Origin: Candidatus Omnitrophota bacterium
GTDB taxonomy: Bacteria > Omnitrophota > Gorgyraeia > Zapsychrales > Zapsychraceae
DNA length: 64,000 nt
Direction of reading: 5' to 3'
Assembly (NCBI GenBank): GCA_029261065.1
Contig: JAJDCB010000030.1
Location: 260,876-324,875, forward strand
Shown here: positions 28,376-36,656 of the stretch, piece by piece
Numbering within the stretch: the first letter of the stretch is position 1
Layout of the letters: each line of letters begins with the position of its first letter
Position numbers and translations under genes: made by a program
The notes under the pieces: generated by a model
The model's database searches: none
What the model was told of the DNA's origin: nothing
Seen by the model: only the letters and a program-made list of their open reading frames with translations

Positions 28376-30511
28376 ATGAAGTTTAATATTATGTTTAATT
28401 TTTTATTTGTTCCTAAAAGATCTTTTCCTTATTGGTTTCTTTCCGTTATATGTCTTTGGGCCTATATAACACTATCTACAAGTAGTGTATCAGCCAATCC
28501 CATTATGGACGTTTCCTATCGCGAGATGTGGGATGTCAAACCAACTCCGATAGAAAATCAGATTAAGGCGAAACCTACTCTTAATAAAGAGAGTGAGCCT
28601 TTGAGAACTGTTTCGATGAAACGTTCTTTTAAAGATGATAATAAGCAGAAACAATATAATCAAGAAGATGTGAGTTATGAGATAGCTCCCGTTTATGTCC
28701 GTCCAAGCCTAGAATATCAAGCCTCGCCTTCTCGAAGCTGGTCTGATGAAGTTGTTGTTACAGCTAAGCGTATCCCTACTTTTTCCAGCCACAGTGCAGA
28801 AAATATAAAAGTTATTACAGAAAAAGACATAGAAAAGTTGCCTGCCAGAAATCTTGGAGAGGTCTTAAAGTATGTTCCAGGGGTGGATGTTCTCTCTACG
28901 TCGGAATTTGGCCAAGCCTCATCTGTTTCGATTAATGGATCGAAGTCAAGGCAAGTGTTGATAATGGTCGATGGTATTCCTTTTAATACACAGCTTTCTG
29001 GTCAAGCGAATCCAACGCGTATTCCCATTGGGCACATTAAGCAAATTGAAGTCATTAAGGGTGCCTCCTCAAGTGCTTGGGGGTCAAGTATTGGAGGTGT
29101 TATTAATGTTATTACCAAAGATGTTGGCGACTCTCATATTCCCGAGGGACAATTTACGACTAGTTACGGTGAGTTTGCTAGTACAACCAACAGTCTAGAT
29201 TTATCAGGAAAGGTTGGTGAGTTAGGCTATTATTTGTCAGGCAGTTTTCTTAAAACAGATGGGCCTTTCTCAGAGACAGATGTCGAAGAAACTAAATCAT
29301 TTCTAAAGCTTGCTCACCCTTTAGCTGATGCTGCGAAATTAACGGCATCATTTGGATATAGTGGGGCAAATGTGCGTTATGGCGTTACGCGATCAAATCG
29401 TATTAATTCAACGCCCTACATCTCTAGATATGGTCAGCTTGTCTTGGATGTTGATAAACCAACATTTGATTTTCAAGCGGCCTATAAGTATAACGATCAA
29501 GATATTACGACAGATATTTTTAATGCCTCAACAGGAGCCTTAGTCTCGGCAACAGTCAGTCACAATTTTCTTCAGGGTGTGGGTTTAAATGGAAGTATGG
29601 AAATCAATGAAACAGATACTTTTGTTTTAGGAGGAGATTTTGACTGGCAAACGCTTAAGTCTAATAATTTTTTAACAGAAAGTAAAAGTATAGGAACACA
29701 GGCCGCTTACAGTAATTACACGAGAAGTACAGATCGTTGGGATGTTATTCCTGGAATCAGATATGATCGAAACGAACATTTTGGCGAGCAATTTAGTCCC
29801 AGCTTTGGTGTTGTTTATCATTTTTTAAATTCTTCCGAAACATTACTCCGTGCAAAAGCCTCCCAAGCCTTCAATGCGCCACCTTTACTATGGATATTTA
29901 ACGATGATCCCACATTATTCGTTGGTCCTAGTCCTGATTTAGACGCTGAAAGTGCAAATGTTTATGAGTTAGGATTAGAGTCTGACATTTCTTCAAGGGT
30001 GCATATGAATTTAAGTTTATATCGCATGGATGTAAAGGATGCGATTGGATTGGTTTTTCAAGGAGGAGCTTTTGTTCAACGTAACTTTAGAAAATTTAGA
30101 AGACAAGGGGCCGAATTGCAACTGCAATATGATATTACTAAGGATTTATCGCTTGTGACAAGTGGAGCTTTTAACGATGTTGAAAATAGAGAGACAGGCC
30201 AGATGGTGCGGGATCAAGGTGTGGCTCGGCAAAGTTATTTGTTGGGTATGAATTATAAAAATAATAAAGGATATGGCGTTTATTTAAATGGTTATTATAA
30301 ACGGTGGAGTTCTTCTCCTTCTTTACAAGCAAACGATCGTAAATTTATATTAGATGCTAAGTTGACAAAAGAATGGGCTAATGTATTTAGACATATGGAT
30401 ATGGAGGTGTTTTTTAATATTCATAATGTTACCAATAGTAAATACTGGTCTAGCATCAATTTTCCTCTTCCCGAAAGGCACCTCGAAGGAGGGCTAACAA
30501 TTAAATTTTAA
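28376..30511 (+). CDS. TonB-dependent outer-membrane receptor
   Basis: Signal peptide, TonB-box-like DEVVVTAKR, plug VLKYVPGV...VLIMVDG...IKQIEVIKGASSSAWGS, C-terminal aromatic F. Confidence 0.92.
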   Translation: MKFNIMFNFLFVPKRSFPYWFLSVICLWAYITLSTSSVSANPIMDVSYREMWDVKPTPIENQIKAKPTLNKESEPLRTVSMKRSFKDDNKQKQYNQEDVSYEIAPVYVRPSLEYQASPSRSWSDEVVVTAKRIPTFSSHSAENIKVITEKDIEKLPARNLGEVLKYVPGVDVLSTSEFGQASSVSINGSKSRQVLIMVDGIPFNTQLSGQANPTRIPIGHIKQIEVIKGASSSAWGSSIGGVINVITKDVGDSHIPEGQFTTSYGEFASTTNSLDLSGKVGELGYYLSGSFLKTDGPFSETDVEETKSFLKLAHPLADAAKLTASFGYSGANVRYGVTRSNRINSTPYISRYGQLVLDVDKPTFDFQAAYKYNDQDITTDIFNASTGALVSATVSHNFLQGVGLNGSMEINETDTFVLGGDFDWQTLKSNNFLTESKSIGTQAAYSNYTRSTDRWDVIPGIRYDRNEHFGEQFSPSFGVVYHFLNSSETLLRAKASQAFNAPPLLWIFNDDPTLFVGPSPDLDAESANVYELGLESDISSRVHMNLSLYRMDVKDAIGLVFQGGAFVQRNFRKFRRQGAELQLQYDITKDLSLVTSGAFNDVENRETGQMVRDQGVARQSYLLGMNYKNNKGYGVYLNGYYKRWSSSPSLQANDRKFILDAKLTKEWANVFRHMDMEVFFNIHNVTNSKYWSSINFPLPERHLEGGLTIKF

Positions 30512-30535
30512 GAGTTAAAGTTTTTTTGTCTTTAA

Positions 30536-30598
30536 GTAGAAAAAAGTCATGAAATAGTACCCTTATCCTATTTTCATTTTCAAAATTTAAACTATAAT
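30536..30598 (+). promoter_or_regulatory. Putative activator site and promoter for the SBP-peptide-rSAM operon (copy 1 of shared element)
   Basis: GTAGAAAAAAGTCA (30536-30549) identical to 35811-35824, gapless similarity through CCTATTTTCA, then TATAAT at 30593-30598. Confidence 0.65.
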
Positions 30599-30627
30599 TA
30601 TGGTTAATTATTTATGTGTGTAAATTA

Positions 30628-32274
30628 ATGAATAACATCGTAATAAAGGTTTTCTTTTTGGTAATGGCAATATCTTATTCCATACCTACTGCAGTATCAG
30701 CAAATCAATCCACAATCCCTACAAATCGTTTATTAAAATTCAGAGATCAAACTAATCCAAATTTACTTTCATCAGAGCCCCAGTACGGTGGAGAATTAAT
30801 TTGGGGGACAAGCAATCCTCCGTCGATCATTAATCCTATTTTAACACATATGAGTGTTTCCACGAGCCTTGTTCAGCTTATATTCAATGGCCTTGTTAAA
30901 AAAAATCCGCAAGGTGAAATAATTCCTTCGCTAGCAGAATCATGGGATATCTCTGATGATCATCTTACATATACATTTTATTTGAGAAAAAACGTCAGAT
31001 TTCATGACGGTGTCGAACTTACAGCGGAGGATGTTAAATTTACTTATGAGCTGATTGTTAATGATAAAGTAGACTCTATCTATAGATCTTCGCTAATTTC
31101 TGTTAGCCATTTTGATGTGTTAGATAAATATACAATTCGAATTGTTTTGAAAAAGGATGTGCAAAATTTTATTCATCAGCTAGTTCGTTTTATTGTACCT
31201 AAACATTTATTAGAAAATGAAGATGTTCAGAATACAAAATTTAATTATCAACCTATTGGAAGCGGACCATTTAAGTTTCAGAATTGGGATAAAATTACAA
31301 ATGAGATTGAGCTAGTCGCGAATAAAGATTATTTTGAAGGACGACCTTATTTGGATAGCATATTAATCAAGCAATACCCAAATAAGAATGCATTATGGTC
31401 GGCGTTGATGAGAAATGAGGTTGATCTTGTTCTGTTTTTAAGCAAGAAAGACTACAACATTTTAAAGGATGATCCTTCTTATAATGTTTACAGAATACCC
31501 TTGGAATTTAATTGTGCAATTATTTATAACACGCAAGATGCAATACTAAATGATTTTGAAGTTAGAAAGGCGATTGCTCATAGTATTGACAGAAAAAAAT
31601 TGATTTCAGATGTTTCGATTGAAGGTTTAGAAAGCGTGGGACCCTTACATCCCGATGCTTTAAAGGGTGATCATTTGTTAAATCTATTTGAATATAATCC
31701 TCATAAAGCAAAAGTTATTTTGATGCATAGAGGGTGGAGGGATGATAACAAAGATGGAATTCTTGAGAAAGAAGGAAGAGATTTAGAAATTAAACTTTTG
31801 GTTTATGAACAAAATGAAGATTTTAAAAAGATTGTACAAGTTTTACATCAACGATTTGCTGATGTTGGAATAAAGTTAAGTGTTCTTTTGTATAACGACA
31901 ATTTGCAATTAACTGACGAGTTTTTGCAAAAACATAAACCTCAAGCATGGATAAGATTTCTTTCTTCAAGGTTGTCTAATAAGTATGTCAATCTTGGATA
32001 TTGGTACTCTCAATCCAGTGAATTTGGACGATTGTGGAAATATGAAAATAAAAAATTTGATGAAATATATGAAAGTGGATTAATTGAAAAAGATGTGGAT
32101 GAGAGGTACAAGTTATACGAAGAGATGCACGATATCATTTACAAAGATCAACCTGCAAGTTTTTTATTTGTTCCTGTAAGTTATCATGCTGTTTCTGAAA
32201 AATTTAGAAATGTAGACGCATTGTTTAAACATAATATGGCTGTTTATACTTTATCTGAATGGTATTTGGAGTAA
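30628..32274 (+). CDS. Family 5 (OppA/DppA/AppA-like) peptide-binding protein
   Basis: Signal peptide, IFNGLV...PSLAESW...TYTFYLRKNVRFHDG-ELTAEDVKFT, PIGSGPFKF, VRKAIAHSIDR. ATG at 30628 or GTG at 30616. Confidence 0.92.
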   Translation: MNNIVIKVFFLVMAISYSIPTAVSANQSTIPTNRLLKFRDQTNPNLLSSEPQYGGELIWGTSNPPSIINPILTHMSVSTSLVQLIFNGLVKKNPQGEIIPSLAESWDISDDHLTYTFYLRKNVRFHDGVELTAEDVKFTYELIVNDKVDSIYRSSLISVSHFDVLDKYTIRIVLKKDVQNFIHQLVRFIVPKHLLENEDVQNTKFNYQPIGSGPFKFQNWDKITNEIELVANKDYFEGRPYLDSILIKQYPNKNALWSALMRNEVDLVLFLSKKDYNILKDDPSYNVYRIPLEFNCAIIYNTQDAILNDFEVRKAIAHSIDRKKLISDVSIEGLESVGPLHPDALKGDHLLNLFEYNPHKAKVILMHRGWRDDNKDGILEKEGRDLEIKLLVYEQNEDFKKIVQVLHQRFADVGIKLSVLLYNDNLQLTDEFLQKHKPQAWIRFLSSRLSNKYVNLGYWYSQSSEFGRLWKYENKKFDEIYESGLIEKDVDERYKLYEEMHDIIYKDQPASFLFVPVSYHAVSEKFRNVDALFKHNMAVYTLSEWYLE

Positions 32275-32305
32275 AGTGCTTAACTAAAAGAAAGGAGGAG
32301 AAAAA

Positions 32306-32410
32306 ATGGAAATTGTAAAATTGGGTTCAAATGATTTAAATCAACAAGATTCATTGAATTGTTGTTGGCCACCCGGGGCAGAGGTGTTAGAAACCCCATC
32401 GGATGAATAA
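32306..32410 (+). CDS. Putative RiPP precursor peptide, 34 aa: MEIVKLGSNDLNQQDSLNCCWPPGAEVLETPSDE (not in ORF track)
   Basis: Very strong SD AAAGGAGG (32291-32298) 7 nt before ATG at 32306, TAA at 32408-32410, immediately upstream of a radical SAM/SPASM gene, central CCW motif. Confidence 0.85.
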   Translation: MEIVKLGSNDLNQQDSLNCCWPPGAEVLETPSDE

Positions 32411-32417
32411 CTTTTCA

Positions 32418-32490
32418 TAAATTTTTAGCGCACTATTTATCAATAACTGCGGCATTTAGTAAGGTTGAAAAATAGTGCGCTAAAAGTTTA
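32418..32490 (+). repeat. Long stem-loop between precursor and maturase
   Basis: Arms TAAATTTTTAGCGCACTATTTATCAA (32418-32443) and TTGAAAAATAGTGCGCTAAAAGTTTA (32465-32490). Perfect 16-bp core at 32423-32438 and 32470-32485. Confidence 0.8.
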
Positions 32491-32514
32491 CGGAATAAAT
32501 AAAGGATTTTTCAT

Positions 32515-33882
32515 ATGAAGTTTTCTTGCCATACTATCATTGTCGATCATTACCCAGAAGTAAATCAGCACTTACTTTATAATACACGCACACAGTCGAT
32601 GATCAAAATTGATCAAGAACTTCGGCGTACTATTGAAGAGTATCCTAAAAATATTAAGATGATTTCAAAAAAGACTTGGGAGGATTTGAAGGCCTTACAC
32701 AATATGGGTATATTAGTTGAAAATGATGACGAAGATATGCTTAGACTTAAAAGTCATATGATGCAACTTAAGAAAAGTGTAAACGCAAAAGTTTTGCCGA
32801 TAACTATTTTAACGACATATGCCTGTAACTTTAAATGTAGCTATTGCTTTCAAGAAAGTTCACGTACCTTTGATAAGATGACAACAGAAACAAGTGACCA
32901 TGTGATTAGCTGGTTAAAATATAAAGTGAAGCAGTTTGGCTATCAAAAACTGCTCATTAATTTTTATGGGGGGGAGCCGCTTGTTAATCAGCGTACTTTA
33001 AAAGAAATTGTCAGTCAGATGAAACCTTGGTGTGAAGGAGAAGGTGTTGAGTTTAAGTTTATGTTACAAACTAATGGTTATTTGATGACTTCCCAATTGG
33101 TTGATGAATATATCGAGATGGGTTTAGATCAGGTTCGTATTTCTGTTGATGGTGTTGGGGAAGATCACGATCGGCATCGACCGTTAAGAAATGGGAAGGG
33201 GACGTTTGATCGCGTTATGAAAAATATTGTTGATAATGTTGATAAATTGAAAATTGGGATTTCTATTAGTTATGATAAAGGACAAGTTGATCATATTGAA
33301 CGATTTTTTGATTACTGCAATGATTTAGGAATAACAAAAAAATTGGGCCGATTTATCTTTTCTCCTATACATGCAACTTTGGGGCCAAAAGAGAAGCCTG
33401 AGATGATACAAAATTCAAGCTGCATGTGTAATTACGAAGATAAAAGTTTAGAGGATGCGAATCGTAAAATTAATGCTCTTATGCGTGCCAATGGGCTTGT
33501 AAGTAAAAGTGGTATGTCAACATCTACATGTCCTGTCACACGTGATAATTCTGGGATGACGATAGACCAGCATGGACATTTGTATAAATGTAACTCCATG
33601 TTAGGGCATCCGGAGCTCTCTACAGGGCATGTGAAAGATCTTATCTATAATCAAAAACATCGTGAATTTGTTAATTTGGATGTTTACAAACAATGCCCTG
33701 TTGATTGCACCTATATGCCAATGTGTAGTGGCGGGTGTCGATTATCCTCGTTTTTAAAAAACAAAAACTTTACTACACCCACCTGCCACAAGCCTTATCT
33801 TAATAAGATGGCGCCGGATTTAATCAAAAAAGATTATGAGTCCTTGATGGCAAAGGCAAAGCCTTCATTAGCAAAGAGTTGA
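32515..33882 (+). CDS. Radical SAM/SPASM-domain peptide maturase with N-terminal RRE-like region
   Basis: CNFKCSYC, FYGGEPL, QTNGYL, SVDG...HDRHR, SPASM TCP...DQHGHLYKC...CPVDCTYMPMCSGGC...PTC. About 90-aa N-terminal extension LLYNTRTQSMIKID...LHNMGILV. Confidence 0.93.
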   Translation: MKFSCHTIIVDHYPEVNQHLLYNTRTQSMIKIDQELRRTIEEYPKNIKMISKKTWEDLKALHNMGILVENDDEDMLRLKSHMMQLKKSVNAKVLPITILTTYACNFKCSYCFQESSRTFDKMTTETSDHVISWLKYKVKQFGYQKLLINFYGGEPLVNQRTLKEIVSQMKPWCEGEGVEFKFMLQTNGYLMTSQLVDEYIEMGLDQVRISVDGVGEDHDRHRPLRNGKGTFDRVMKNIVDNVDKLKIGISISYDKGQVDHIERFFDYCNDLGITKKLGRFIFSPIHATLGPKEKPEMIQNSSCMCNYEDKSLEDANRKINALMRANGLVSKSGMSTSTCPVTRDNSGMTIDQHGHLYKCNSMLGHPELSTGHVKDLIYNQKHREFVNLDVYKQCPVDCTYMPMCSGGCRLSSFLKNKNFTTPTCHKPYLNKMAPDLIKKDYESLMAKAKPSLAKS

Positions 33883-34035
33883 GATTTATCGATTATGCGA
33901 GGCTATAAGCTGTTCTTACCTAGAGTCTTTTTAATTGATTAACATTTTAAGTTATAGTAGTCTATTAAAAAGTGCTCCATCTAAAGTCTTTTACCGATAT
34001 GTCCATTTCCATGGAAAAGGCCACAATACAAACAT

Positions 34036-35793
34036 ATGAGATTTAACTTCAAGCGTTTACGTTTTTTATTTCCAAATCGTATTTGGCATCAGATATTTTT
34101 TGTCCTCATTTTTATGGTGGTCATTCCGCTTGTCATTTTGGGGACGTTACTTATTACAACGAGTAAAAGAACGATTAAAACCTCAGTTTTAAGGGATTAT
34201 AAGCAAATTGCCATTCATGCGACGGGAGAAGTTGAGCAAAGTATTGAAGGGGCAAAGCATGCCTTAGAAGTAGCGGCCTCGATTTTAGGAATCCTACAGT
34301 CCGATATTTGGCGTCAAGAAACCACATTAGTTGAGTTAGCCTTACAATATCCCGCCTATCGACGTGTATCCAGCGTTGATTTAAATGGAGAAGAGCTGGC
34401 AACATCCGAGTTGGGGACTATTTTTCGTGACTGGTCCAATGAAAAAGTCTTTAAAGAGGCGCGTGAGGGAAATGCTTATATTTCTAAAGTCAGGATAGGT
34501 GCAGATCATATCCCATTATTAATTATTGCGACGCCCATTATATCGTTGGGTAAGACTAGGGGGGTGCTTATAGGAGAGCTAAATATTAGGGGAATTTGGG
34601 ATATTGTCGATAGCATCAAATTTGGCGAGACGGGGCGTGCTTATTTAATTGATCAAGAGGGACGGGTGATTGCTCATCCGGATAAAAAGATTGTGTTTCA
34701 AAATAATGCCGTTATCTCTCCTAAAGTCCCTAGCGCTGTCTTGCAGGGAAAGTCAGGGGCCATTGAACAAAAGGATGAGAATTCAAGAATGTGGTTGGTG
34801 TCATACGCTCCAGTAGAAGGGCTTAATTGGGGCTTGATCATCTCTCAATTGGAATCTGAAGCCATGAGCTTTTCAAAGGTTATGCAACATCAATCATGGT
34901 TACTCATTGGTCTAAGTTTACTGGCGACTGTATTGATAAGTTTTATCTTGGCCAGATCTATTCGTCGACCTATTCATCATCTTATAGATGGAACAAATCG
35001 TTTAGCTAAAGGAGACTATGGGTTTTCGTTTCGTATCGGACAAAGAAATGAGATCGGTAAATTACTGTTTTCGTTTAATCGAATGGCCAGAAAGCTTGAA
35101 AAGGCACAACGAATGGAGCGGTTATCTTTTGTTGGTCGTGCCGCAACAGCTATTGCCCATGAATTGAAAAATTCTCTTGTTCTTGTAAAAACGTTTGTTC
35201 AACTTTTACCAGAGAGACATCAAGAAGAAAAGTTTATTAAAGATTTTTCAAAAATAATTCCTCGAGAATTAGAAACGTGGAATGAGATGTTAAGGGGTAT
35301 TATGGAATATTCTAGAAATAAGGATTTTTCAAAAGAATTAATTGACGTTAATCAAATGATTGAAAATGTTTTTTCTTTGGCCGAGTTGCGAGTTAAACAA
35401 AAAGACATTGAGTTAAATTTAAATATGAATTCAGATATTCCTCGCGTTTTTGGAAATGAAGAGAAGCTAAAGCAAGTTGTGCTTAATTTGGTTACTAACG
35501 CTATAGATGCTACATCAACAGGGGGTTCGATTACAATGGCGACAGAATTGGTGCCTATGAAGGATGCTAGTGGATACGAGGTAGAGTTGAAAGTTATTGA
35601 TACAGGAGAAGGTATGAGCCAAGAGCAAGTTTCAAGGATTTTCGAACCATTTTTTTCTACCAAAAAAAATGGATTAGGTCTGGGGTTGGCTATAAGCCAG
35701 GATATTGTTAAGCATCATGGGGGCGTTATTCAAGTTTATTTAAACAAATTTGAAACGTCTTTTGTTGTTAGATTGCCAGTATCAACAGCTTAG
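34036..35793 (+). CDS. Sensor histidine kinase (periplasmic Cache-like, HAMP, HisKA, HATPase)
   Basis: Two TM helices, Cache-like GRAYLIDQEGRVIAHPD, HAMP RPIHHL...EIGKLLFSFNRMA, H-box AHELKNSL, DTGEGM, GLGLGL. Confidence 0.92.
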   Translation: MRFNFKRLRFLFPNRIWHQIFFVLIFMVVIPLVILGTLLITTSKRTIKTSVLRDYKQIAIHATGEVEQSIEGAKHALEVAASILGILQSDIWRQETTLVELALQYPAYRRVSSVDLNGEELATSELGTIFRDWSNEKVFKEAREGNAYISKVRIGADHIPLLIIATPIISLGKTRGVLIGELNIRGIWDIVDSIKFGETGRAYLIDQEGRVIAHPDKKIVFQNNAVISPKVPSAVLQGKSGAIEQKDENSRMWLVSYAPVEGLNWGLIISQLESEAMSFSKVMQHQSWLLIGLSLLATVLISFILARSIRRPIHHLIDGTNRLAKGDYGFSFRIGQRNEIGKLLFSFNRMARKLEKAQRMERLSFVGRAATAIAHELKNSLVLVKTFVQLLPERHQEEKFIKDFSKIIPRELETWNEMLRGIMEYSRNKDFSKELIDVNQMIENVFSLAELRVKQKDIELNLNMNSDIPRVFGNEEKLKQVVLNLVTNAIDATSTGGSITMATELVPMKDASGYEVELKVIDTGEGMSQEQVSRIFEPFFSTKKNGLGLGLAISQDIVKHHGGVIQVYLNKFETSFVVRLPVSTA

Positions 35794-35810
35794 ATAACAA
35801 ACAATTTTTG

Positions 35811-35874
35811 GTAGAAAAAAGTCAGCAAGTGGAACCTTGGCCCTATTTACAAATTTTGAAAAGTTTGTCATAGT
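35811..35874 (+). promoter_or_regulatory. Putative activator site and promoter for the response regulator (copy 2 of shared element)
   Basis: GTAGAAAAAAGTCA (35811-35824), CCTATTTACA, then TTTACA-17 nt-CATAGT. Confidence 0.65.
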
Positions 35875-35924
35875 ATTAATCAATTCAATTAAGTTTTTTA
35901 ATTAATATTTTTATTAGGAGCAAT

Positions 35925-36656
35925 ATGCTATCTGAAACAATTGTGGTTATTGATGATGATGAGCGTGTAATTCAAAGTTTAGAACTAGCTCTTAGCGAAT
36001 ATGAAGTGGTTGGTTTTGAAAAGCCTAAAGAGGCAATGGTTTATTTACGTAAGCCGAATGAAGTAAGTCTTGTTTTATTGGATGTTATGATGCCTAAAGT
36101 TAATGGTATTAACATTCTTCAAGAAATCAAAAGTTTAAAAACAGATTTATCGGTCATAATGATTACGGCTTACGGCTCAAAAGATGTTGTCATGCAAGCG
36201 TTAAGAAATAAAGCAGATGATTTTATTGAAAAGCCTTTCGATATCAAAGAAATTAGACAAAAAATTAAAGAACATTTGAGTAAAAAATTAAAGTTTTCAA
36301 CTTATGGCGTCACGCAAAATCTTCATGTGGAGCGTATCAGACGTTTTATCGATCGAAATTACAATAATGTAAATTTAGATGAAATAGCCAGCCAAATGTG
36401 TTTAAGTCCCAAATATATTAGTCGGCTTTTTAATAGAGTTAATGACATCGATTTTCGTGATTATAAAGTGCAAGTAAAAATTAAACGTGCCAAAGATCTT
36501 CTTGTAAACACCTCTTTAAGTGTCCACGATATATCTAACGATTTGGGCTATCAAAATCCGGAATCATTTATGCGTATTTTTAAACAAAAAGTTAAACTTA
36601 CTCCTATGCAGTATCGAAAAAAGAGTTTAGTCTCTCAAAGTATAGATCATGAATAA
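35925..36656 (+). CDS. Response regulator, REC + AraC-type HTH
   Basis: VVIDDD, LLDVMMP, ITAYG, EKPF, then LDEIASQMCLSPKYISRLF and LGYQNPESFMRIFKQKVKLTPMQYR. AGGAG RBS. Confidence 0.93.
   Translation: MLSETIVVIDDDERVIQSLELALSEYEVVGFEKPKEAMVYLRKPNEVSLVLLDVMMPKVNGINILQEIKSLKTDLSVIMITAYGSKDVVMQALRNKADDFIEKPFDIKEIRQKIKEHLSKKLKFSTYGVTQNLHVERIRRFIDRNYNNVNLDEIASQMCLSPKYISRLFNRVNDIDFRDYKVQVKIKRAKDLLVNTSLSVHDISNDLGYQNPESFMRIFKQKVKLTPMQYRKKSLVSQSIDHE

Noticed and set aside
32515-33882. Anaerobic sulfatase maturase or PqqE
   Set aside because: No sulfatase or pqq genes nearby. The adjacent Cys peptide and N-terminal extension fit a peptide maturase better.
33895-33942. Second small ORF (MRGYKLFLPRVFLID) after the rSAM gene as another precursor
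   Set aside because: No SD, no Cys or Trp, and no similarity to the 34-aa peptide.
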